A stretch of DNA of 24,452 bases from Octopus sinensis (taxonomy: Eukaryota), in NCBI RefSeq assembly GCF_006345805.1, contig NW_021836036.1:1-24452 (forward strand), written 5' to 3'. Position 1 is the first letter of the stretch; each line of letters begins with the position of its first letter. Under the pieces are notes generated by a model, which had not been told where the DNA came from, searched no databases, and was given only the letters and a program-made list of their open reading frames with translations. The position numbers and the translations under genes are program-made. Shown here piece after piece: positions 1 to 9,131 of the stretch.

Positions 1-291
1 AACAATGTCCAGCAAACTGACTCTCCTACCTTTCACAAGAGCTGACACAGGTGGTAGTTTCCCATATATTTGCATTTTGGTTGGATGACGCTTCCACGAG
101 AGATTTTGAGCTCTCATAAGGAGGCGAGTGTAGGTTCCATCCAACCGCCTCTCAAGCTTCTTTGATAAGGTCCAGGTTTCTGAGCCATATAGTAGAATTG
201 GGTCGACTGTGGCTTTGAAGATTTTAAGTTTGAAGTCTCTACTTAGATTTGATGACCAGATCTTATGCATGTCATTACAGGCTGACCAGGC
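1..291 (-). pseudogene. RTE-like non-LTR retrotransposon (LINE) ORF2 fragment, region downstream of the RT core; 5'-truncated and running off the window edge
   Basis: Manual minus-strand translation gives AWSACNDMHKIWSSNLSRDFKLKIFKATVDPILLYGSETWTLSKKLERRLDGTYTRLLMRAQNLSWKRHPTKMQIYGKLPPVSALVKGRRV. After an apparent 1-bp deletion near 17-19 it continues FAGHC. LLYGSETW and RR..FAGH are typical of RTE-clade ORF2 C-terminal regions. Confidence 0.85.
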
Positions 292-307
292 CTGTTAGTA
301 TGCCATC

Positions 308-329
308 TGTGTGTGTGTGTGTGTGTGTG
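308..329. repeat. (TG)n microsatellite
   Basis: Direct read. Confidence 0.95.
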
Positions 330-510
330 CGTTATAAGAACCCCGATGCTTCTAGAAATGACGAGAAATTTCTTTTCAAAGCGTCAGGAATCTCGTCTCC
401 AAGCGGCGTCGGATTAAGTATTAAGCAAAATAAACACGCGCTTAAGGCATCAAGGCGACGGTGGCGCCACTAATGAGATCACATTACACTTGCTAAAATA
501 ATATGCTTCC

Positions 511-710
511 GTGTTTGCCCCACCCGTCACCCCTTGGCAACCTGTGTTGGTTTGTTTATGTCCTTGTAACTTAGTGGTTTGGCAAAGTACGACAATGGAA
601 TGAATATCACTATTAAAATAGAATAATTACGGGAGTCGGTCTGTTCGACTAAGACCTTTCAAGGAGGTGCCCCAGCTTGGCCAAAGCCCAATGGCAAGTT
701 AAAAGAAAAT
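511..710 (+). mobile_element. tRNA-derived SINE family A (Octopus OK/OR-type), degraded 3' half
   Basis: Aligns by eye to the 3' half of the full copies at 10962-11358 and 15705-16080 (GTAACTTAG.GGTT.GGCAAA; AAGG.GGTGC.CCAGC.TGGCC). Confidence 0.75.
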
Positions 711-713
711 TAT

Positions 714-1060
714 AGGCGCTGGCGTGGCTGTGTGGTAAGAAGCATGCATCACAACCACATGGTTCCGGGTTCAGTCCCACTGCGTGGCATATTGACCAAG
801 TGTCTTCTACTATTGTTTTGGGCCAACCAAAGCCTTGTGAGTGGATTTGGTAGACTGAAACTGAAAGAAGCCCGTCGTATATATATATATATATATATGT
901 ATGTATATGTTTGTGTATATGTGTTTGTCGCCCCACCATCGCTTGGCAACCGATGTTGGTGTGTTTACATCCCTGTAATTTAGCGGGTCGGGAAAAGATA
1001 CCGATAGAATAAGTACTTGACTTAGAAATAATAAGCCGTGGGGTTGATTTGCTCGACTAA
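714..1060 (+). mobile_element. SINE family A copy with head, 3'-truncated
   Basis: Head AGGCGCTGGCGTGGCTGTGTGGTAAG (A-box-like) and GGTTCAGTCCC (B-box-like), then the CORE-like segment, an internal TA/TG tract and the 3' body up to GCTCGACTAA. Confidence 0.9.
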
Positions 1061-1068
1061 GATTGATG

Positions 1069-1392
1069 CTATAGCCTCGGGCTGACCAAAGCCTTGTGAG
1101 TGGATTTGGTAGACGGAAACTGAAAAGAAGCCCGTCTTATATATTTATATATATATATGTATGTATCTGTGTGTATATATTTGTGTGTCTGTGTTTGTCT
1201 TCCCACCATCGCTTGACAACCGAAGCTGGTGTGTTTACATCCCCGTGACATAGCGGTTCAGCAAAAGAGACCGATAGGATAAGTACTAGGCTTACAAAGA
1301 GTAAGTCCTGGGGTTGATTTACTCGACTAAAGGCGGTGCTCCAGCATGGCGCCAGTGAAATAACTGAAGCAAAGTAAAAGAGTAAAGAGAGA
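1069..1392 (+). mobile_element. SINE family A copy, 5'-truncated, with AGTAAAAG tail
   Basis: Starts at CTATAGCCTCGGGCTGACCAAAGCCTTGTGAGTGG and ends AAAGTAAAAGAGTAAAGAG. Confidence 0.9.
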
Positions 1393-1533
1393 GTACAGTA
1401 CTGTTTCTACTTAACGGATTTTTCACTTAATGCGGGAGTTTTGGAACATAACACCCGCGATAGTCGAGGGATTTCTATATTTCAAGTCAACGTATCATAA
1501 ACTCCAATTGTGCAGACTCGTTTTCAATTTAAC

Positions 1534-1780
1534 TTTCTTCAAGTCAAGGCCTGAAATTTTGGTGGAGGGGACTGATCGATTAAATCAACCCCAGTGCTCA
1601 ACTGCTACTTATTTTATCGATCCGAGTGAGTGGTCAACGGGTACTTATTTTAACGATTCCGAAAGGACGAAACTCTAAGTCGACCTCGGTGGAATTTTGA
1701 ACTGCGATACGTAAAGACTGACGAAATGCTGCGAAGTATTTTGTCCGGCGTGCCAATGATTCTGCCAGCACTGCTTTCCT
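1534..1780 (-). mobile_element. tRNA-derived SINE family B, degraded copy
   Basis: Matches the copies at 13730-14116 (GTCGACCTCGG.GGAATTTGAAC, GACGAAAT, CTGCCAGC). It carries an internal duplication of TACTTATTTTA.CGAT.CCGA. Confidence 0.8.
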
Positions 1781-1908
1781 TGACGTCAATAATATGTCAT
1801 TGGGAAAGGCATGAACACCATAGAAGCACAGTTCTTCATCTTCCCCAACCATCTCAACATACTAGAAATCTAAAGTTTTGCGCCTCTGTAATATAAGAAA
1901 TCGATATT

Positions 1909-2080
1909 GGAAGAAGAAGGAGGAAGAGGAGAAGAAGAAGAAGAAGAGGGAGAAGAAGAAAAAAAGAAGATGATGATGATGATGAAGAAGAAGATGATGA
2001 TGATGATGAAGAAGAAGAAGAAGAAGAAGAAGAAGAAGAAGAAGAAGAAGAAGAAGAAGAAGAAGAAGAAGAAGAAGAAG

Positions 2081-2110
<30 letters not shown>
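1909..2110. repeat. (GAA)n tract with interspersed (GAT)n/(GGA)
   Basis: Direct read. It is the source of the poly-E/K/M ORF 1907-2137. Confidence 0.97.
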
Positions 2111-2111
<1 letters not shown>

Positions 2112-2925
2112 GTGGAAAGTATTGGTCTAAATATTAGAATATTTCTGAAGACTGATTTGATATTGGTCTTTTATTTATCGCTTTCTTCCTTTAAATGTGC
2201 CAGCCTACGTGAACATAATCGAATATCGGCGATATCTCTAACTCGTTCACCGATAGATGTTATCATGTTGTCCAAATATAATTTTTAATAAACCAATGAT
2301 TGTAAGTGATCGATAATTGATACTAGCATATCTCCTCCATCTTTTGACGGTGATAAAACTCCATGTGTTCACACCCCAGTCCATTTTTATTAGGAATTTA
2401 TCCTATAACATCCTCATTTATTTTAAGATTGAGCTTGTAACACCTTCCTTCATATTCCGTAATCGATATCATATCCGACTTACAAAGAATACTACTCTGA
2501 GGTAGTTAAGACCTTAAAAACGGAAAATTAATGTCGAGAGCAATTGTGGTACGGAAAAATAGGTTAAGTAGAATGAGGTTCAACACTATTTTTTGTACCA
2601 TTTAAAGAAAAAAAACCAAAAAACTAACGACTAAACCGGTTACTTATTTGAAAACCTGTAATACCGACGTTTAGCTGTGTTTTCATAACAAAACAAAATG
2701 AAGAGAAAAATATCCCAATGGATAGGGCGCTAGCCAACTGCAGAAGCACACTCTAAGTTATAGGCCAGTAGAGTATATAGATAAAGATAGTTTTAGCCGG
2801 GGTTACTCTATGGGGTTACTCTGGGTTACAGCGTTTCTTCAGACCTTAAAACCCGTTGACCTATGGCCCATCTTACAAGTGACGTCTCTATAAAATGGAA
2901 GAGAAAAAGATTTCGTTACTCTATG

Positions 2926-3246
2926 TCAATAACAAGGGATTGTCCTTTTGACAGCTCTTAATTGATCATTTTGGCGTGTGGATCCCAGGACGCCAGCCAG
3001 TAGAAATTTCCTGAAGTGCAAGCAGGGTCCGAAGACTTCCATCCTGGAGTTAATGATGTTCTCCGGGTCGACGGAGTTCTTTAATATCTTCGACTGTTCG
3101 GCTATGCACAGTTTACAACTCTTGGCCCCATTTATGTAGGGGCCTGGATTTTCTAGGATATTCTATGATATTACGTGCGGAGCTCCGTCGTCTTTTAGCT
3201 GCCATACATGGCTGGCGAAGGGCGTAGCGTATCTCCTTTTCGGAAA
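2926..3246 (-). pseudogene. Penelope-like element, C-terminal part of the GIY-YIG endonuclease region, decayed
   Basis: Manual translation: RRYATPFASHVWQLKDDGAPHVIS*NILENPGPYINGAKSCKLCIAEQSKILKNSVDPENIINSRMEVFGPCLHFRKFLL. The pattern H(I/V)W.LK...W.IL....PY....K.C.LC..E....N.R.E....C.H..KF.L is typical of PLE C-termini. The TAG at 3163-3165 falls where W is expected. Confidence 0.8.
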
Positions 3247-3250
3247 TTAC

Positions 3251-3420
3251 ACACGCGCACGCACGACGAGCCTCCTCGCAGTTTCTACCTGCCAGACTCA
3301 CTCGCAAGACATTGGTCGGCTTGGCGCTGCAATAGAAGATATTTGCCTCAAAGTGCCACTCATTTAAACTGAACCCAAAACCATGTGCATTCGAAGAGAT
3401 CTTCTTAACACCACTCCTAT
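3251..3420 (-). mobile_element. SINE family A, degraded 5' half
   Basis: Reverse match to the head and CORE-like segment (CTGAACCC..AACCATGTG; CAAGAC.TTGGTCGGC). Confidence 0.7.
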
Positions 3421-3486
3421 TTCCAACATCTTTAAAAACAACGAGACGTATTTTACATTGACAGATTCCTATTAAATCAACACCCC

Positions 3487-3517
<31 letters not shown>

Positions 3518-3538
3518 CTTTCTCTCTCTCTCTCTCTC

Positions 3539-3576
<38 letters not shown>
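3487..3576. repeat. (CT)n followed by (TA)n
   Basis: Direct read. Confidence 0.95.
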
Positions 3577-3577
<1 letters not shown>

Positions 3578-3578
3578 C

Positions 3579-3648
3579 CGAATTGAGCGTTCCCTACTAA
3601 TGAGGCAACGGAATTAGCCGAAACTGACCGATCAGTATAGGGAATTCG
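3579..3648 (+). ncRNA. Type I hammerhead ribozyme motif with G5A core substitution
   Basis: Stem I TTCCCTA(3590-3596)/TAGGGAA(3638-3644). Core CTAATGA(3597-3603). Stem II GGC/GCC with a 10-nt loop. GAAA(3620-3623). Stem III CTGA-CCGA-TCAG. GUA cleavage triplet (3635-3637). Possible distal stem I CGAA/TTCG. Confidence 0.85.
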
Positions 3649-3843
3649 CGACCGGTGTTTTTTGGGCAATTACTGTCCCTGTCAGTACATATTTATACAA
3701 TTATGTGCTTTAACTACAGCATTAGAGCTTTCTAGCTCTTATTTCTAGCAATGTAGGTGTTTTAATAACCTAGTCATACATAGCGGCAATTATAGTTTTT
3801 CCTTTTTGGCAACACATTGCACACAGCTGTCTATATTTATTTT

Positions 3844-3960
<117 letters not shown>

Positions 3961-4520
3961 GTATTTGTTTAGTGTATGGGGGCGCATTTCGTACTGGTGA
4001 ACGTAAATAAGAGCTTCGCTGTTTGCGGTTAATACTCTGTAATTCTGAGAATCTTATTTATTTCAATACAACAAATATTTTATTAACGATTTAATAACCT
4101 ATAGACATACGTAAATATATCGATCCGTCTTTGTCTGTCTATCACAAACACAAACACAAACACAGACACACGTACGTACTTACATACACTGATACGTGTA
4201 TGTATGTAGGTAATATATTTGTCTACACGTAGGTGAGTATGTATGAATGTGTATGAATGTGTATATGTATATATGTATACATATAGGTGTGTATTTACGT
4301 ATGTATGTGAGTATGTGTACATAAACATATTTCGAGTTCATTTAAACTCTCACTTAATGAATGTATACAAATGAGAATGTGGGTATCTGTGTGTTTGTGT
4401 ATATATGTATGTATGTAAACATATATACATACACACATATATAGGGATGTGTGTGTATGTATGGTTGTATGTAAATATATTTGGAGTTAAACTGTTTTAA
4501 ATTGTTATTTAGGGAATATA

Positions 4521-5086
4521 TTGGGTTGTCCGGAAAGTTTGTGTCGATTTTTAAAGGAAAGAAAGAGGTCAATAAATACCTGCCATTACATTTTTAATCA
4601 ACCAAATATGAACCATTTTGTTGCACAATGCGTCTCCATCTTTCCTTTAACTTGAAAATACCCTCTTCCCAGGAATGAGGTGGTTACATGGCAAATAATT
4701 CATCAAGGTATCTTTTAACGTCATCCAAGGAACTGAAATTTTTACCATTAAGACTATTCTGCAGAGACCTGAATAAGTGGAAATCCGAAGGAGCAATATC
4801 TGGTGAATATGGAGGGTGGGGTAACACATCCCAGCCGAGCTGCAGCAATTTTTGTCTGATTCCCAAAGCATCAAGTGCCGAAGATGAACTTTCTTATCTT
4901 CCATTTAAAAGGGTTACAGAATTAACACAGGTTATAGGAATATAAACCTTCTTCCACGAAAAGATAGCTTAAACTGTGCTCTAAATGGAGGTGTAGTCAA
5001 ATCCTATTTTATGGACTCAACCATGTTCTAAAATAAGTCGAAATATAAGCTACTATAAATCGGCACGAACTTTCCGGACAACCCAA
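4521..5086 (-). mobile_element. Internally deleted mariner (D,D34D-type) element, 566 bp, with both TIRs and TA flanks
   Basis: Left TIR TTGGGTTGTCCGGAAAGTTTGTGTCGATTT (4521-4550) and right TIR (5057-5086) match at 28/30 positions, with TA at 4519-4520 and 5087-5088. It retains the N-terminus MEDKKVHLRHLMLWE (ATG at 4904) fused out of frame to the C-terminus GIRQKLLQLGWDVLPHPPYSPDIAPSDFHLFRSLQN...FAM*PPHSWEEGIFKLKERWRRIVQQNGSYLVD* (stop at 4594-4596). Confidence 0.95.
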
Positions 5087-5194
5087 TATCTACGTGTGTG
5101 AGTGTGTATCAGTCTTTGTGTATGTGTTGAGTGTGTGTATGTGTGTACATGCGTGCGTGTGTGTGTATCTGTGTGTATGTATGTCTACATAGAT

Positions 5195-5376
5195 TTCAAA
5201 TTGGCTCAAAGACAGCAAGTTCAAGAGTGGTGGTGGAGGGTCTAGTCGCAACTGGTACTTATTATTATCGATCCGGATAAATGGCAAAGAATTTGAGCTC
5301 AGAACGTAAAGACGGACGAAATGCTGCTAAGCCTTTTGTCCGGTGTGCTAACGATTCTGCCCGTTCGCTGTCTTCT
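5195..5376 (-). mobile_element. SINE family B, degraded copy
   Basis: CAACTGGTACTTATT and GAATTTGAGCTCAGAACGTAAAGACGGACGAAAT...CTAACGATTCTGCC match the other family B copies. Confidence 0.8.
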
Positions 5377-5622
5377 GTATATGTATATATATAGACGTGC
5401 TTTGATGACCAATAATGGAATAAACTAAAACCTGGCAATGAAACCGTATAAACAGACGCAACTTGGTGTAACGAACGAAACAAGCGTAAACGTTCTTGCA
5501 TCAAATGACTGTGGTAGGTCTTCGTAATTTCGACTCTATACAACAAGAGTAGTAACCTTATGAAACGCTGCAACGAAGACATGAAATGGAGATGAGGCAT
5601 AATGGATAGAAAATTACAAATA

Positions 5623-5997
5623 CTAGCAATATCGCCCGGCGTTGCTCGGGTTTGTTTCGAATTTTTGAAAAGTAAAAATGTTGTATTATGTAGCTTGTTA
5701 TTCGCTTTAAGTGAACATTTTTCTGGTTGAAATACACCGAAAAATGGTGACACAGCAGTCAAAAAATTGTAAAAAATAGGGATTTTCATAGAAAAAAAAG
5801 CACCTTTTTGATGTAAATAATTTTTAGTGTTAACATGGTCCGATTTGAATTTTTTCTTCTACGGAAGGAACGGCAAGCCTTCTATCATACTCTCAATTCT
5901 GGTCAACTTGCGCCGCAGGGTCTCGGAGAATATAGTGTTAGTTGAAGGCTACCAAACCTGCCATACACAGACAACTTCAGCTTTATATATAGAGAGA
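5623..5997 (-). mobile_element. Non-autonomous Helitron, 375 bp
   Basis: On the minus strand it reads A|TC...CTAG|T: 5' TC at 5997-5996, 3' CTAG at 5626-5623, and a GC-rich imperfect palindrome CCCGAGCAACGCCGGG (5650-5635) 12 nt from the 3' end. These are canonical Helitron termini and the A/T insertion site. No coding capacity. Confidence 0.85.
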
Positions 5998-6289
5998 TTT
6001 AGTTCTTAAGTACTAAAGCAGAGAACAGAATAACGTTGATGTCTTAAGTAAAGCGAATCAAAGCTAATATAGGACAAGTGCGAATAGAAGCGATGCTGGG
6101 GAAAAGTACGCAGTTATGCAAATAAGTGTTCGAAGAAAAGTCTCTGATTAGGAAGAAGGGAGATATACAGAAAAAAAGTGTCGTGGAGTGGAGCCCAGTC
6201 GAAAAACGAAGAAAATAAGCGAGTGAGGAAATGAGAAAGATGGAAGAGGTATTTTAATTCTGTGAGGGAAGTAGACGGAGTTGAGTGAT

Positions 6290-6600
6290 TGAAAGAGGAT
6301 GTGGAGAAGGAAGGAAAGAGAGAAAGAGAATGAGAGAGAGAGAGAGGGGGGTGGGAGAGAGGGACAGACAGATAGAGTCAGAGACAGAGAGACAGACAGA
6401 GAGAGTCAGAGGCAGAGTTCAGTTACAGATAGAGAAGAATGAAAGAGGGAAGATACAGATAGGAAAAACGATAGAGACTGGTGGAAGGAAGAAGGAAAGA
6501 GACTAATAGATGGACGAAAGAAAGAAAGAAAGAAAGAACGGAAGAAAGAGAAACGCAGTGGGGAGGAAAAAAACGAAGGGTATAAATGAGAAGAAATGGC
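6290..6600. repeat. Purine-rich (GA)n/(GACA)n/(GAAA)n low-complexity region
   Basis: Direct read. Confidence 0.85.
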
Positions 6601-6717
6601 GGCTCGTAAACGATATGATACACAGGAGAGGAGAAGAGAGTGCGTGCGTTGCTGATCAGAACTTGAACGCGTTAAGCATGGAGAGCGAAGATGATTAAAA
6701 CAAAAGAAATTGAATAC

Positions 6718-6724
<7 letters not shown>

Positions 6725-6764
<40 letters not shown>
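6725..6764. repeat. (CT)n microsatellite
   Basis: Direct read. Confidence 0.95.
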
Positions 6765-6766
<2 letters not shown>

Positions 6767-7146
6767 AACACAGTGCACACTCGGCGTACATACGGGCATT
6801 TATAATAATAGCGCTTTTATATGATTGGGTATTTGTATTTTTACGTGTGCACTCTCTTCTTCTCACCGTATACATTTTAAAGAGATTTATAAAGTTGTTT
6901 GTTGTATATTCATATAAGTACAAGGTGATTGCCCCATCGTTATCGATGATTGCCGTCTCTTCTTTCGTCAGTCGAATTCCAGATTATCTTTGCAGTTTCG
7001 GCAGATTATATATATATATATATAAACAACCAATTACCTCCCTTTATTTGTCTACTTGTGAAGTTATTCACTCATGAATTTCATCACACACAACATGGAC
7101 TAAATTTCTTCTTAAGAAAAAATATATATTCATATAAATTAAACAT

Positions 7147-7183
7147 TATATCATGAATAGCAATAGCGAAACCGGTCGATATA
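7147..7183 (+). ncRNA. Minimal type I hammerhead-like motif with variant core (ATGAATA)
   Basis: Stem I TATATC/GATATA (6 bp), 7-nt core ATGAATA, stem II GC-AATA-GC, GAAA, palindromic stem III ACCGGT, GUC triplet. The spacing is exact, but positions 3 and 8 differ from consensus. Confidence 0.6.
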
Positions 7184-7254
7184 TTAAAAATTATATTAAA
7201 ACCATGTAAGTGTGCATATTTTCCTTTTTTAATTTCTTATATATATATATATAT

Positions 7255-7734
7255 TCACAATGCTTCCGCATTGTCAATGGCATTTTTAACTTGCCGTCCA
7301 TGACCTCTCAGATGACTATTCAGTCCCGCTGCATATCTGGATAACAGTGCGCTTCTAGCTGCTTAAGTCTACCCACGACGCCACTTCTCCATCTCCGTAG
7401 CGCTTTCAGTTGATGGAATGATGAATGAGGTAACGGCAAAGAGACATCTGCACATCACTGGATTACCGTGATAAACGATTGTCTAACACGAATGCCTCTC
7501 TCTGAATCTCTGTATTCGGAGACAGGCCGACGCGAGATAACCTGAAATTAGGTGAAACTTCAGGTTTTTACATCAGAGTGACACCCCCTCCTTTCCTTCT
7601 AGAAGGCGAGGGGACAATTCTGATGCGACAACAGCTTGTGTTCCATAACTCCCGGTGGTTTTAATTGGATGGCCATTGGCTCTGCTGAGTTCATCCGCCT
7701 TTTGACGGGTCTCCTTTTTCATCCCACATAAACG
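7255..7734. mobile_element. Unclassified GC-richer interspersed repeat fragment with several hairpins (possibly a LINE 5' UTR)
   Basis: 76 bp of it (7406-7481) recurs inverted at 8851-8926. Hairpins AACCTGAA/TTCAGGTT and CCCCTC...GAGGGG are present. No convincing ORF. Confidence 0.4.
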
Positions 7735-7834
7735 TACATACATACATACATACATACATACATACATACATACATACATACATACATACATACATACACA
7801 CTCTCTCTCACACACACACGAATATATGAATATC

Positions 7835-7912
<78 letters not shown>

Positions 7913-7913
7913 G

Positions 7914-7967
<54 letters not shown>

Positions 7968-7980
7968 TTATCTATCTGTC
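7735..7980. repeat. (TACA)n then (TCTA)n tetranucleotide arrays
   Basis: Direct read. These are the source of the CMYV and YLSI pseudo-ORFs. Confidence 0.95.
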
Positions 7981-8024
7981 TATAAGTAATGTTTATCGCC
8001 GCCTGGTGGCGCTAGTTTGCTATA

Positions 8025-8071
<47 letters not shown>

Positions 8072-8804
8072 TTCTTGAAAGTCTATGAGAATTACTTAAT
8101 ACGGTTTTCAAGTATAAAGGTGAATTTTGAAATAAGAAATTATTAAAAAAAAATTTTTTATAAATCTTTTATCAGGATATTGCTAACCTTTTCGGGGAAG
8201 AAGTGTTTTTCCTAGTGTGTGAGCGCTTTCGTTTAACCTTTTCAAACACACGTGCTCTTAAATTGGAAGCTGTTACACACGCACGCACACACACCACACA
8301 CACACACACACACACACCACACACACACACACACACAAACGAATCACACACACACAAAACACGCAAACACACATACCATTGTGAGCCGTATATACATACA
8401 TGCATACATATCTATCTTAATATCTAACTATATATTTCTGTCTGTGTATGTATGTATGTGCGTTTAACATATGTGCGAATTTGTATTTTGTCATGAAAAT
8501 GTGGAGAGAGTTAAGGACAAAGGGAGGTAAGTAAAGAGTTCGTGTTTATGGCGAAGGCAAAAAGAATCAAATTAAAAATAAAGTCGTTAGTTTATTATAA
8601 AAGGAAAACGCATTCATGTACGTGGTCTGCCCTAGCGGGCAGATATCTCAAGGGAGATAATCACTTCAAGATTAAGCATTGCCGGAAAAAGAAGCTTAAA
8701 TATTAAATCGAAGAGCAATGAATTTGCACGGAACATGCATATTTAATGTTTTATCTTTTACTCATTACAAAGACATTAAAATTTCTTGTTGTAGGCACAG
8801 GCGT

Positions 8805-8852
8805 ACCTTTGTGATAAGAAGTTTGCTTCCCAACCACATAGTTCTGGGTTCA
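8805..8852 (+). mobile_element. SINE family A head fragment, fused at the B box to a different repeat
   Basis: GTGATAAGAAGTTTGCTTCCCAACCACATAGTTCTGGGTTCA matches the family A head and then switches abruptly. Confidence 0.65.
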
Positions 8853-8928
8853 ATCGTTTATCACGGTAATCCAGTGATGTGCAGATGTCTCTTTCTCGTG
8901 ACCTCATTCATCATTCCATCAACTGATG

Positions 8929-9013
8929 GCCAGATAACCGAAGGTCAGAGAACCGAAGAGATGGTGTTGTGGATTTCCACTTCGGCATCCGAAACTCAGA
9001 GTTTTATCTTGGC
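8929..9013 (+). ncRNA. Type I hammerhead-like motif (U4C core) in a probable Penelope pLTR
   Basis: Core CCGAAGA(8953-8959). Stem II GATG/CATC enclosing a GTGG-ATTT-CCAC hairpin, with one extra C. GAAA(8991-8994). Stem III ACT-CAG-AGT, then T. The 3' stem I strand TTATC(T)TGGC pairs with GCCAGATAA (8929-8937). There is a 15-nt tandem duplication of CAGA(T/G)AACCGAAG upstream. Confidence 0.6.
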
Positions 9014-9131
9014 TATTGAATAATTGTCACATATTATTTTACAGATAAATTTCCTCTATTTACATAATATTGAGGTTTCTTTCTTTCTTTTGTCATCTTA
9101 CCGTTTTTACCAATATGTATATATATATATA

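Noticed and set aside
714-790. tRNA gene call for the SINE heads
   Set aside because: A/B boxes are present but there is no complete cloverleaf, and the heads are embedded in high-copy SINE bodies.
2790-2842. CTGAAGA core-like motif just 3' of the PLE ORF (minus strand), with GGGTTAC tandem repeats
   Set aside because: There is no GAAA (AAAA instead), stem II is scrambled by the tandem repeat, and there is no stem I partner. It may be a dead pLTR hammerhead but cannot be supported.
5400-5462. TTGATGA...TGGCAATGAAACCGTA hammerhead-like remnant
   Set aside because: Stems I and II do not pair in register.
6940-7005. Minus-strand GAAAC followed by CTGACGA, suggesting a type II hammerhead
   Set aside because: No U16.1 or valid stem III, and no adjacent stem II partner.
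7826-7980. CRISPR-like or other prokaryotic array
   Set aside because: These are simple tandem repeats without spacers in a eukaryotic context. No cas or operon features exist anywhere in the window.
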